Shown: positions 12,001-19,743, counted from the stretch's first letter. The stretch: 64,000 nucleotides of DNA from Candidatus Omnitrophota bacterium (GCA_043732705.1 JAYTHE010000003.1:10352-74351); one strand, 5' to 3'. Program-made: numbers and translations. The notes: generated from the sequence alone by a model not told the origin.

Positions 12001-15000
12001 GGAAACAGTTTCAAGCCGCCGAAGATCTCTTTGAGCTCCCAGAACAAATTCTGATGTAGCAAGTGAAAATTTCCGGTCGAGTTCCTCAAACTGCGCGTAT
12101 GCATCCCGATACTTTCCGGTATTAATCAACTCAATTAAAGCTTGCTCGGCAACCCGCCATTGCTCGCGTCCATAATCAAAAGTATCCGTTTTTAGTTCGC
12201 GGCGTGATTCGGAACGGGCGCGAAGCCCGACTTCTTTCCGCATTTCGGAGCGGCCCTCGGGATGCTGCAATTCGTAACGGCCGATCCCTGCGAGTTGCGC
12301 GGGAGTTGCTTTGGCATAAGCGTCTTTATCATCTTTTTGAATTCGCGAACCATCGCTAAAAACATAAACCCCACTGTCGAGTGACTCCGGCATTCCTAAG
12401 AAAGGCCAATGCCCGTCGGCTAAGGGTCTTGACAGGGCTTCCACGGCTATAGTGAAATTAACATCAGGATCAATTGCTTCTATGCTTGGCCATGCCCTTA
12501 AAATTTCTGATATTTCAGCTCGGTGCGCGTAAATGGCGGCGGCACGATCCACATCATTTTCAAACTTAGAATTTTTCAATAATTCAGATAAAAGCCCGCC
12601 TTTTACCTCCCGGTGAATTTTATTAATATCCGGGTCAGCGCCAAAGCCAGGCAAGGCTTTTAACTGTCTCTCATACATCGAAATAAAAGTTCTTAGACTT
12701 TCAAGAAAGTTGTTCGCCTTTTCGTCAGCCCGAGATTCGGAGCGGGCTTTGAACTCCATGCGCCAAACAGGCTGATCACTATCAAAATATTTTTGGCTGT
12801 CGAGAAAATAATGAACCCGAAGCTTTGCGGCTGCATTTCGAAATACCTCGTCGCCAACCCCCTTATCTAACCAGCTTTCGACGCCAAACTTAACATCATA
12901 TTCAGTCGCATCGCGCCATTCAGCTCCATTTTTTTTACCCTCACTTTCATGCGCGAGAATAAAAACACGTGACTCTGTTAATCTTGTAATCAAGTCATCC
13001 GCCGTAATTAATCTTCGCGATTCAGAGCGGACAACGTCTGCGATGAGCGGTTTGCGCGCCGTGGTTGGTGATTTGAGCTGACTACTGATCGCTGGTAACT
13101 GACCGCCGAAATTGCGTGATTCGGAGCGCGGTTTGGTAAAAATCATTCTTCTAATTTTTCCGCCTAAATGACTTTGCGGATCGGGTTCTGAGTTCTGCCA
13201 AATCTTCCAACCCTGCCGTAGAAGAGGGGCTAAATACTGATGATAGATGGGAGCGAATGCCGTGTCGGACTCATGAGTATCGGCAAACTCAATAATGAGT
13301 CGTCCTTCCGGCAGTATTTTGCTTGCCAGATTTCTCCAAAATTCGACTGCTACATCCGCCGATGTCACTTTGGGGCTTATACGCGGCTCATAGTACCAGA
13401 CGTTTTTTAATCGGATTACTTCGTACGGGGACGGATCCCGAACCACATCCAGCAAATCTCTTTCTTCGATTTCAACATTTTTCATCTCGCTAATTGCAGC
13501 CGTCTCTTTCAAAAGTCCTGCAATAAAATGATTGCTATCATTAAATACAACTTTTCTATTCGGTGGAAGCGAGTAGATAAAGTCAGACACTACTACTCCC
13601 GAAGCCAAATCTAAGTATCCATTTGTTACCATATTTACTTCCGGTAACACCGGGGGAACCCAAGCTTTATCACTTATAAACGCATTATTCTTTTCCACCA
13701 AGATATTCGCAAGGTACCTGCCCAATAAATCAATAAGGTGATATTCTTTTTCCTCTTTTCGAGAGCTTTTGTTAATAAATTGCTCGACTTCATCGGGGAC
13801 ACGCGATGCTTTGCCAAAAAGAATCGCGCGCGGATCTGTGTTGACTGAAACCCATGCACGACGCCATTGTGTCGGATTCAAGCTTGTTTCCATCATAAAG
13901 AACGCAGCGTTCAGAACCTTTTGATCAAAATTATTTCCAGAAATAATTTTTAAAAAAGGAGTTTGTCCAAAATGAGACCGAATTTCATCCAGCAGTTCTT
14001 GTTTTCTCATTTCCGAGCGGATTTTTGAGTGGACAGATTCCCATCTTTTCGCGTTTGCCTTTTGCTCTTCACTGCCGTAGAAAAATTCTGTGACGGCATC
14101 ATAAACCCACCCGCTTTGTTCAAAGTAAGCGATCGAGGCCTCCTGCGAAAGATACTTACTCCGGAGATCCTCCAGCGTATAACGATTCCAATGCAATTCT
14201 TGCAATTCAAATTGCTCGGCCAATACTGATGCAAAGTCACTTAACTCTCCCACCCGCGTCTCGGCTGAAATTGGAATCATAAGATCAATTCCGAGATACG
14301 TTTCTCTCACTTGAACCCGGCCATAAGACCATGCCGGAGCCGCGCTGTTAAAGTTCATAAGAATTTCTCGATTTTTTTCAGAAAGTGTTTCTTTATTGAA
14401 ACGGATTAAAGCATGCGGCGGCAAATCAGGATCTCTTCCTTGAATATCTTTGCGGTTTGCCGAAGTGTTAGTGGTTTCGATATTTTTTCGAAAAAGAATT
14501 TTGACGGATTCTAAAAGTGGCTCGTCGACCAAAGCATCCCATTCATTTTCGGCATAAACAACTCCGTCCATTGGGCTTTCGTTAGGTTCAATTTCTGCAA
14601 TTTTTTGATCGCGCGATTCGGAGCGGGTAATTTTATCCATATACTCTTTCGCGGCACCTTCGGCTTTTGCCCTGCTCATTCCTTCAATTCCCAAAAGAGC
14701 ATTTTCAATTCCTCCGCGTATTAGCGCTTCATTTGCGCCTTGTGCTTCTTGCGCCGCCCTACTTTCAGAGCGAGTGATAATTTCCACCGTAGGGCTCGGA
14801 GAGCCCGTATCGCGTACATCGTGAAGCGTATCTCGGGAAGAATTAGACGAGATGCCGGATGCGAGGGACGCTTCACTCGCGCTACTGTGCCCTAGCATCA
14901 CTTCGCGATAAAGGTTGGAATTTTCAACCTGTGTCAGGCGCGGTGTGAGAGTGCCGTAGCTGATGTCATGCTCGCGGAATAAAGTTTTGAGGCCGTCGGT

Positions 15001-16791
15001 GTGGAAGCCTCCGGTCATCACAATCGCCTTGTCGGTATGAGCGAGCTCTGCTTCAATTTTTTGAAAGAAAACTTCTTCACGCCGGGTCGCGAAACCGTAG
15101 AAAGAGAAGGCGCTATCAAAAGCAGTTTGAACCTGCTTTTGATAAGGTGTCTGGATTCCCGCCTGCGCGGGAATGACAGAACTTTGTTCTTTGTTCTTTG
15201 TTCCTTGTTCGGAAAGGCTATCAGCCTTTGAGTTATGGTTTTGACTTTTAACCTTTAAGCTTTGACCTGAAAGTGATTTCACTCGTTCAAAAAACTTTTG
15301 TGGTTCGAGTTGATCTTTTTGTGAAATCACTTTCTGCCATTCGTCGCGGCTTAACTCGAGATTTAATAATTTTCTGACTAATTCCGCATCACGAAAAAGG
15401 GCAATCAACTCCGACCCTGTCCACATCGGATGTGCACAACCTTGTACACATCCGATGTGGACAGGGTTGTGTTCGTTTTGATCGAGCAGTTTGTCAAAAA
15501 GCTTTCTGATTTCAGCAAACAGTGAATTTGGCTCGACCTCGTAACGTAAAATTAAATATCCTGCTTGCAGCGCAAAATTCGGATAATCAGAAAATTTCAA
15601 GCCCTTCGGCCCGGCCTCTTCAACCAGCTTCTCAATAAAAAAGCGTGGCAGCGATTCTGTCTTTCCAGAAGAAGCTTTGATGGTATTGAGATTGATGTGC
15701 TGTTCATCGAAGAGTTCGAGTTTTTGAATGAGTTCGTTGCGAACTCCTTTCTTTTTCATCCACTCAATGATTTGTTTTCTTTCAATCTCAGCGGCTTGTT
15801 TGGCTGTTATTTTCTGTTCGTCTAAGTCTGAAGGTTTTGGGCTATGGTTTTGACCTTTAAGCTTTAAGCTTTGGGCTCGCGGCTGCTTCAACTTCTCTTC
15901 CATGCTTTGCAAAACGAGCAGCCGCGTCAGCTGCGGCCATTCGATTTGCGACATAAGGCTATGGAGGTCCAAATCTAAATTTTCTTTCGCGAGCTTTGCA
16001 AGGCTTGAAACAAACGGAATAAATTCGCGATGGCCTTTTTCAAATTTCTTCCACTCGCTCAGAATATTGCGCTTTTGCGGTGGAAGCATTTTCGAAGCAA
16101 GTTTATCGAGCTCACTATCAAGGCCGTTTAAAAAGCGTTTCGTTTCTGTGTCACGGCTATAAACCGCTTTGAGCGCTTCATAATTTTTGCGGTACAAGTC
16201 TGCTTTTTCAATTCCAACGCCTTTGATTTCGTCTGTTGGGGACTGTCCCTGCATGGGGACTGTCCCCTGTGGTACTAAGGAACCATTGGGGTCAGTCCCG
16301 CACGCGGCTTGGGACAGACCCCGTTCCGAGCCCTCCAGCAAAAACCAATCGGCACCCGTGATCTGTCCGCGTTTGGCAAGTTCATCCCAAAGTTTTTTAT
16401 TTGTCTCCGCGTCAGGGAAAAGTTTTAAATATTCCGGATTGAGGTTCTCCGAGGCGCCTTCGACAAAAATGGTCTTGAATCCGTAGTTTTTATTCAGATA
16501 AACCATCAAGTCGCGAATCTTTTGCTGAGCTTCATAATTCGTATGCGCGTTTTGAATATGCAAAATCATTTTAGGATTGGGACGCGCAGGAGCTTCGTAG
16601 AAGTCTTCTACGCTCGCAAGTTCAGCCGGGATATCAATTTGCATCAGCTTGGGTGTTTCCGCTCGCGGAGACAAATCGATACGCATGCCCGCGTCAGCGA
16701 AGCATGTATTTATAGTGAAGAAAAAGACCAGGGCCGCGGCCGTAGTCTTCTTCAACACACTATTTATGTGATCAAGAGAAGTTTGTGTCAT
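3019..16791 (-). CDS. Giant multidomain protein 1 (4590 aa): signal peptide, TraB/Tiki-like domain, ~15 RSExR-delimited cargo modules, C-terminal domain
   Basis: Uninterrupted 13.8 kb ORF. N-terminal KKTTAAALVFFFTINTCFA; IQNAH, VEG and GGFH motifs shared with the other two giants; 20 RSExR linkers; SAM-MTase, HExxH, ATP-grasp and receiver motifs. Confidence 0.85.
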   Translation of the reverse strand: MTQTSLDHINSVLKKTTAAALVFFFTINTCFADAGMRIDLSPRAETPKLMQIDIPAELASVEDFYEAPARPNPKMILHIQNAHTNYEAQQKIRDLMVYLNKNYGFKTIFVEGASENLNPEYLKLFPDAETNKKLWDELAKRGQITGADWFLLEGSERGLSQAACGTDPNGSLVPQGTVPMQGQSPTDEIKGVGIEKADLYRKNYEALKAVYSRDTETKRFLNGLDSELDKLASKMLPPQKRNILSEWKKFEKGHREFIPFVSSLAKLAKENLDLDLHSLMSQIEWPQLTRLLVLQSMEEKLKQPRAQSLKLKGQNHSPKPSDLDEQKITAKQAAEIERKQIIEWMKKKGVRNELIQKLELFDEQHINLNTIKASSGKTESLPRFFIEKLVEEAGPKGLKFSDYPNFALQAGYLILRYEVEPNSLFAEIRKLFDKLLDQNEHNPVHIGCVQGCAHPMWTGSELIALFRDAELVRKLLNLELSRDEWQKVISQKDQLEPQKFFERVKSLSGQSLKVKSQNHNSKADSLSEQGTKNKEQSSVIPAQAGIQTPYQKQVQTAFDSAFSFYGFATRREEVFFQKIEAELAHTDKAIVMTGGFHTDGLKTLFREHDISYGTLTPRLTQVENSNLYREVMLGHSSASEASLASGISSNSSRDTLHDVRDTGSPSPTVEIITRSESRAAQEAQGANEALIRGGIENALLGIEGMSRAKAEGAAKEYMDKITRSESRDQKIAEIEPNESPMDGVVYAENEWDALVDEPLLESVKILFRKNIETTNTSANRKDIQGRDPDLPPHALIRFNKETLSEKNREILMNFNSAAPAWSYGRVQVRETYLGIDLMIPISAETRVGELSDFASVLAEQFELQELHWNRYTLEDLRSKYLSQEASIAYFEQSGWVYDAVTEFFYGSEEQKANAKRWESVHSKIRSEMRKQELLDEIRSHFGQTPFLKIISGNNFDQKVLNAAFFMMETSLNPTQWRRAWVSVNTDPRAILFGKASRVPDEVEQFINKSSRKEEKEYHLIDLLGRYLANILVEKNNAFISDKAWVPPVLPEVNMVTNGYLDLASGVVVSDFIYSLPPNRKVVFNDSNHFIAGLLKETAAISEMKNVEIEERDLLDVVRDPSPYEVIRLKNVWYYEPRISPKVTSADVAVEFWRNLASKILPEGRLIIEFADTHESDTAFAPIYHQYLAPLLRQGWKIWQNSEPDPQSHLGGKIRRMIFTKPRSESRNFGGQLPAISSQLKSPTTARKPLIADVVRSESRRLITADDLITRLTESRVFILAHESEGKKNGAEWRDATEYDVKFGVESWLDKGVGDEVFRNAAAKLRVHYFLDSQKYFDSDQPVWRMEFKARSESRADEKANNFLESLRTFISMYERQLKALPGFGADPDINKIHREVKGGLLSELLKNSKFENDVDRAAAIYAHRAEISEILRAWPSIEAIDPDVNFTIAVEALSRPLADGHWPFLGMPESLDSGVYVFSDGSRIQKDDKDAYAKATPAQLAGIGRYELQHPEGRSEMRKEVGLRARSESRRELKTDTFDYGREQWRVAEQALIELINTGKYRDAYAQFEELDRKFSLATSEFVLGAQRDLRRLETVSETPKAAGQISKLKTDVIRRIIRLNPYREPKSAEDGDTGRSEFRINITGVKHYMALVEAEAVAAARLDPEKWTNLSGIEIQKHLYAEALSAGLLLADVASSKNEPAVEAKQPPENVTAAYAAVLDVHVRWVNQKLKSYFKGAANKIDISQIGVWRSLDDINGDYDIRNGEIRIREEVMLTRDAKKVRSVLLHEALHHSFDYYNSTINEAMTEFFTKEIMGTDYVHSSKYMDYYAALEIFLGAQEGGDVVLEALKQSYLKKTMVPLFEALQVFSADEHEQLTLMLILNEFDWFQHEGHFVDGYVVPVIMKYLFYSFEATLKYNQKARENFSHGLPFETGQEKLLADLTALRKQVDLTKDKALYLEKDYENPGFENFLDTFALAHNLSKLFEAHADLTPPAGTAFGDARLETLGSRALGLGPEMARSEMRKQGESIEKVSSAEKLKWPEPLVFDFEPGSKERQLKLSAFLKKQGFPTLAALLKRFEVPAGTPEGVNPEIMLEFHLDDRTKSELRLKSMLKNFKNVKTLKNWDSYIEARRARRRSDGTEVKNGLPQLVQVNQIVIRLQKPQSLKNIKSAERIFQRVPGSKPVVMSLKDFLSKGGKLNDEGRDELRSIGVAANLKEPGNHRSENRSISIPTALAFVVIGVAGVASALAAVFAAFPWITTLGVLTGILGLLRAGKFFVDRRLAASGQGAPNSLFQLMLAVFQTGLAPLRFAMPAGRQESRKIESPEAEDRRLESVGEFNSLESKVARSEMRQNPISLQNLFNVLFTKLGVREMMKGAPIEGVKFFAGIQAPQQLAKRESDVFKVLKRQLIPGENLLNFKSLAREIVSGNRKLPLVFKPNGGAGGEGIFFIEREDADHLKVSMAYQPEKDVSRRIDWATIIPQAIEKIPGVAVTRLPDQGLLEIKIETHSYENAANALYTIWEKISSSLNDAGMIEEMLDLFKVEKEGRPRSLETRYFISLNPHNGEIEIKTGVPSDLIQDFSFTRIGGNAMFANRKGNEVRGAEKTYDVYAPFGMQAEEVNIFKQKVNSDIKLLTDYILLRLKKIVGEENIHQLPQDARLRVTLDVFWMKPDAVTLGFPRLAPNEIQIESNLALSDYLNAKPLKFNPVPLIPSVKRSEMRTLADLLSQRLSAGAELEFIDLDTGAGAFPPEFEKYLRDRGYKVKGWKATEPYPDEATPINENVRKRIIKANAQFESEFLELKKHPVEIVTINNIETAPGELANRALELLKNPGGILLVTVESNDVIDSRQNGIMAAIQNAGFDVSIQDLPADYPEYSSFVKASKLIIAVPKTARSLPRRQAGEMRTIVIDGPSAPLTSEFYVDGDIWDKLAVDQDRIMYILKQGGNFSNGRAHTVGDWDDHRTVILPLIRPVEIEGRKYESAKIIGVLISADKDIPPLDFRANSQSEVLLAPRDGVIHWIDIPPHPAGSSEAIYAESRFHGAKLAQKNKLLVAPPVGFGKFTNKNFSYRDKSGTHTIEVGYFIELLEGQDETSLYSMVAEKAAETKDSIELTDWLSLRLGEYAGSLRDLNAFAKHGQPTNNNFVYENGRPRLKDYEGTTALSELSPDDRLAYLIKNFESLIFSIMIFQKMLENPYDSPKFGSVESGRRLELKEMLGKKFPEIFSSYFRNADVGNFSGHYFSWAGLPQLYMDLNQTILKEGNDLKSSRHEIVELFRREFDAELAAPTQPAVRRSEIRNRRGFLGQIVTAGTIALAGPLEAIAKLTTPELKMAPANMLDPAKLKKIKSPNVLKILNEAPEVVPKQIVRLTKDQEAQQKETNRFSPAEARKILNEILDPIFNEMNIAEEEKENKRESLIRLGQIIVANESGYWLKNQRIKNFIEQFIAVGWGQIETGKEGSRVGQDHLFTWFYYNNFKGSDIRSTVLNHLHSEIAEGLGLKADEIKELVDTLKAQAPNNETKAMDIIGPWLAKKILNNEKLDLTFMMTLVFRQIWKNSKDDASFLANIPDLVGDEKDPLNAAKIEARALNFYANHYRIKIIRAPKNETPEAATKREKAQAKIDADNSKKTRVAVAMLRRSNFSKTAESKLFVAAEVFPEPQAAEPVLAKTLFEEFSRLPLILAGIAAVVVALSGREKRSIQRGKSAGIAFILSMSASVFILMGLAVTAIWQSDQPIDLTPLYFNAIISMSLLAGFLGFKKLSRFQSKSRSEMRDVKEQKKAELGKRIDAFASVLNEQINSKLPDGWGALEDQLNELAKLAKEINPEPINYGQAVVQEEAYFARTPLRTVAAILNELQLSAEDTIYDLGSGDGRVVWLSGLLTQAGAAKGVERDDALFELSKKIIEALKKIAEEKRIHLKEMAIWKGDFQDIDEATTQRPNPFKDGTVFYVFRPNMDRSFGVMMRQLRATGAERVIRVVAVGVFEDELGENFTVEKKIGQNIIILRSTSAAESSKVDDGQQNRSENRIATAEDRAKSRGNPKVAVRSEIRSDALDNLKSFLIQVVNNHYDVARHLEKNSPVYQVLMMIVKSRLAHLVFSIEMTTEEKIVGFKTLGNEFEALSDKIMQLGVQSGAGQIYEEFLIELGEHIAKISALEPDKEMVQKPDEAKSPRNRIMVVDDKQQNGEVVADILRMIVGDDHVTLIVGQDAAEQADKHLQKRFQEYSLIVTDKDMPPGGGENVGEGEEGWALIEKWMKMDEKLSFILNTGDLTDEIKAKAGALGIIGAFGKGMKMFEFLENAVQVAKEKANRSELRSQISGIEKIQLGFNPDALKRSEARGIFKLIPVLLAWGIFNFGSKEANADTLKARQAIQISTIDEYAQIVALRSENGNVIDAIRRSDIASEEHANTALILDKLPTEEEFLRDVVPVLEAKPNHKILILAAANQNWKMSESSKKYSGRIKFEILGSADKAQRVLKDAAARFFGGAEYGLVGSEDKLNIFPADFFDKSNVKGVSTFDRADLDSVAPDKRALVLNLQATKFSEFSGSRQLEGFEENKPIGTIKRYKMTRAGFLGMAGKILQILQTLQIVSSAA

Positions 16792-16943
16792 AAGTTGTTT
16801 TCTTAAAAAAATATAACCTTAAGGACTCTGTATTGGAAACGCAGCGGATGAAATGATCATTATTGCTATGTTTTGATCTTGCGAATTGATGTTTTTTTGA
16901 TTAAAATTCGCCCAAAAGCTGTCCTTTGTGACAGCCGGTGAAA

Positions 16944-17837
16944 TTAATGCCGTTTACGGGCTTTGCGGGATCGGCGGACAGGTTTTTTACGGAACGGTTT
17001 TTTGGTCTGGGGAGGAGTCCATTTTCTTCTCAATGTATTCTTAGGTTCAGTTGTATAAGGAATAAAATTACGGAGTTTGGTAATGCTCGTTTCCAGCTCT
17101 GGCGTCAAAGGCGCTTCCACTTTTAGCTGCTGCTGCGTTACGGGATGTTCAAAAGCGAGGCTGGCCGCGTGCAGAAAAAGTCTTTTGAGCCCGATTAATT
17201 TTTGTAACGAGCGGTTCCATTTAAAATCACCGTATAATTTATCGCCCGCTACGGGATGTCCATGCGACGCGCATTGAATCCGGATTTGATGCAATTTTCC
17301 AGTCACGAGTTTCGCGGCAATCAAGCTCATGCGTGAGCCTTCAAAATATTCCAAAACCGTATAGCCCATCACTGCGTTCACGGGCGCATCTTTCTGGACG
17401 CTCGCCCGGCGCATTTTATTATGCCGACGCACACCGAGATGATCGTTCCATTTTCCTTGCGGCGGAGAAACACGCCCGCCGCCAACCACGACATGATAAA
17501 TTTTCTGCAAAGAATGCTTTTCAAACATGAGGCGCAGCTTTGTCGCTACCGCCGCGGATTTGGCCGCGAGTAAAATTCCGGAAGCCTCTTGGTCAAGGCG
17601 ATGCAAAAGCCAAATTACGCCTTTGGGAGTTTCGAAAGTACGCTGAACAAAATCATAATGTCCAAGAAATGCGGCGTGACCCTTTTGGCCCTCGAGTTTT
17701 TTCTTTTCATTGATCGGATTGGGATGCGAAAGAATACCGGAAGGCTTATTGATTAAAATAAGATGGTCGTCTTCGTAAACAATCGGAAACTCGGTATATT
17801 GAGGCATAGGAAATTTTAACATAGGCCGGAGGCCCAA
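16944..17837 (-). CDS. RluA family pseudouridine synthase
   Basis: NKPSG, HRLD..ASG, TGKLHQIR, GD.LYG and LFLHA motifs. The exact start is uncertain. Confidence 0.92.
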   Translation of the reverse strand: MGLRPMLKFPMPQYTEFPIVYEDDHLILINKPSGILSHPNPINEKKKLEGQKGHAAFLGHYDFVQRTFETPKGVIWLLHRLDQEASGILLAAKSAAVATKLRLMFEKHSLQKIYHVVVGGGRVSPPQGKWNDHLGVRRHNKMRRASVQKDAPVNAVMGYTVLEYFEGSRMSLIAAKLVTGKLHQIRIQCASHGHPVAGDKLYGDFKWNRSLQKLIGLKRLFLHAASLAFEHPVTQQQLKVEAPLTPELETSITKLRNFIPYTTEPKNTLRRKWTPPQTKKPFRKKPVRRSRKARKRH

Positions 17838-17919
17838 GCCCCGAGGGTTTTAAGTTTTAAGCTAACAGCTAACTACTCAATAACCTCGTGCCTCCGGTCT
17901 CCGAACTCCGAACTAGTTT

Positions 17920-19743
17920 TTATTTTTCGTTGCGTTTACGTGAGTTTTCGTCGAGATACCGCTTACGCAGACGAATATTTTTCGGCGTAATTTCAACAAG
18001 CTCATCATCCGCGATAAATTCAAGCGCGAAATCAAGCGTCATTTCACGCGGCGGAACAAGCTGAATCGCTTCATCCGCGCCGGATGAGCGCATGTTGGTC
18101 AATTTCTTTTCGCGGTTTGCGTTTACAACCAGATCATTGCCCTTATTGTTTACGCCGACAATCATGCCCGTATAAAGCTCAGCGCCGACATGCACAAAAA
18201 TTTCGCCGCGCTCTTGCAAGCCCCAAAGGCCGTATGCAACCGCTTTGGCATTATTCTGTGAAATCAAAACTGCGACTTGGCGATTCTCAATTTCACCGCG
18301 GAAAGGTTCATAGTCGTGAAAGATTTGGTTCAAAACAGCGGTGCCGCGAGTCAGCTGCAACAACTCACTGCGTAAACCGATTAAAGCGCGCGAGGGAATC
18401 AAATACTCAAGACGCACTGTCCCCACGGCACTGTTAATCATGACTTTCAAATCGGCTTTACGACCGCCAAGGCGTTCAATAACGGTACCCTGAAACTCGG
18501 GATCAACTTCGATCACAAGCTCTTCAATCGGTTCCATTTTAACGCCGTCAACATCTTTATAAATAACCTGCGGGCGTGAAACTTCGAGTTCATAACCTTC
18601 ACGGCGCATCATTTCGATCAAAATCGCTAAATGCAATTCACCGCGGCCTGAAACTTTAAAACGGTCTTCATTGGGAACCGGTTCAACTTTAATACCGACG
18701 TTGACCTTGGCTTCATGCTCAAGACGTTCACGAATATGGCGTGATGTTAAAAATTTTCCGCCGTCTTTGCCGGCAAGCGGGCTTGTATTGTGAGAAAAGA
18801 ACATCGAAATCGTCGGTTCATCGATATGAATCGCAGGCAAAGCTTCGGGCTTATCGGGCGAAGTCAAAGTATCCGCAACACGCACATCACCGGCTCCGGC
18901 AATATGAACGATATCGCCCGCCAAAGCTTCATCCACTTCAACTTTTGGCAGCCCCTTGTGCTTTAAAATTTTAGTTACTTTGCCGCGCTCAACTGTTCCG
19001 TCCGCGCGTTTCACAAGCATAATCGGATCGCCGACTTTGATTCTACCTGTAGCAACGCGGCCAATCGCGACATGCCCCACATAAGGGTCATAAGCAAGCA
19101 TCGTTACAAGCATTTGAAACGGTGCTTCGATATCAGCAACCGGCGGAAGAACGCGGTGCATAATCGTTTCAAGCAAGGGAGTAATATCTTTGGATTCATC
19201 TTCCAAATTCATTTTTGCCCAGCCTTCTTTGCCGGACGCGTAAACAATCGGAAAATCAAGTTGCTCTTCTGTTGCATTCAATTCGCAAAAAAGGTCAAAC
19301 GCCATGTTTTCAACTTCTTTGGGGCGCGCGTTCGGACGATCAACTTTATTGACCACGAGAATCGGCTTCAAATGCAGTTCGAGTGATTTGCGCAATACGA
19401 ATTTTGTTTGCGGCATCGGCCCGTCAAGCGCGTCAACGAGCAGCAAAACTCCGTCAACCATGCGCAGAATACGTTCAACTTCGGAACCGAAGTCAGCGTG
19501 ACCGGGAGTATCGACAATGTTAAAAGTAATGCCTTTATAAACAAGCGATGCATTCTTTGAAAAAATCGTAATTCCGCGCTCACGTTCAAGCGGGTTGAAA
19601 TCCATAACAGTTTCTTCGCCTTCTTTGAAGACGTAAGTCCCACCTGCTTTGAGCAAGGCGTCAACGAGAGTTGTTTTGCCGTGGTCAACGTGAGCTACGA
19701 TTGCGAAGTTACGAACATCCTGTCTGCGTTTTTGAGTTGGCAC
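17920..19743 (-). CDS. typA: Translational GTPase TypA/BipA
   Basis: AHVDHGKTT, ERERGITI, DTPGHADF, NKVD, GRGELHL and ELVEITP..IRLRK motifs. Confidence 0.97.
   Translation of the reverse strand: MPTQKRRQDVRNFAIVAHVDHGKTTLVDALLKAGGTYVFKEGEETVMDFNPLERERGITIFSKNASLVYKGITFNIVDTPGHADFGSEVERILRMVDGVLLLVDALDGPMPQTKFVLRKSLELHLKPILVVNKVDRPNARPKEVENMAFDLFCELNATEEQLDFPIVYASGKEGWAKMNLEDESKDITPLLETIMHRVLPPVADIEAPFQMLVTMLAYDPYVGHVAIGRVATGRIKVGDPIMLVKRADGTVERGKVTKILKHKGLPKVEVDEALAGDIVHIAGAGDVRVADTLTSPDKPEALPAIHIDEPTISMFFSHNTSPLAGKDGGKFLTSRHIRERLEHEAKVNVGIKVEPVPNEDRFKVSGRGELHLAILIEMMRREGYELEVSRPQVIYKDVDGVKMEPIEELVIEVDPEFQGTVIERLGGRKADLKVMINSAVGTVRLEYLIPSRALIGLRSELLQLTRGTAVLNQIFHDYEPFRGEIENRQVAVLISQNNAKAVAYGLWGLQERGEIFVHVGAELYTGMIVGVNNKGNDLVVNANREKKLTNMRSSGADEAIQLVPPREMTLDFALEFIADDELVEITPKNIRLRKRYLDENSRKRNEK

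Noticed and set aside
3787-14772. RSExR DNA repeats as a CRISPR array or integron attC sites
   Set aside because: The repeats are only about 15 nt with synonymous variation and irregular spacing (36-1400 nt). They stay in frame within one ORF, and there is no cas or integrase gene in the window.
17824-17916. Heptamer-like runs between typA and the RluA gene as a regulatory RNA
   Set aside because: They are short and degenerate, the same class as the other 7-nt-periodic repeats in the window, with no convincing structure.
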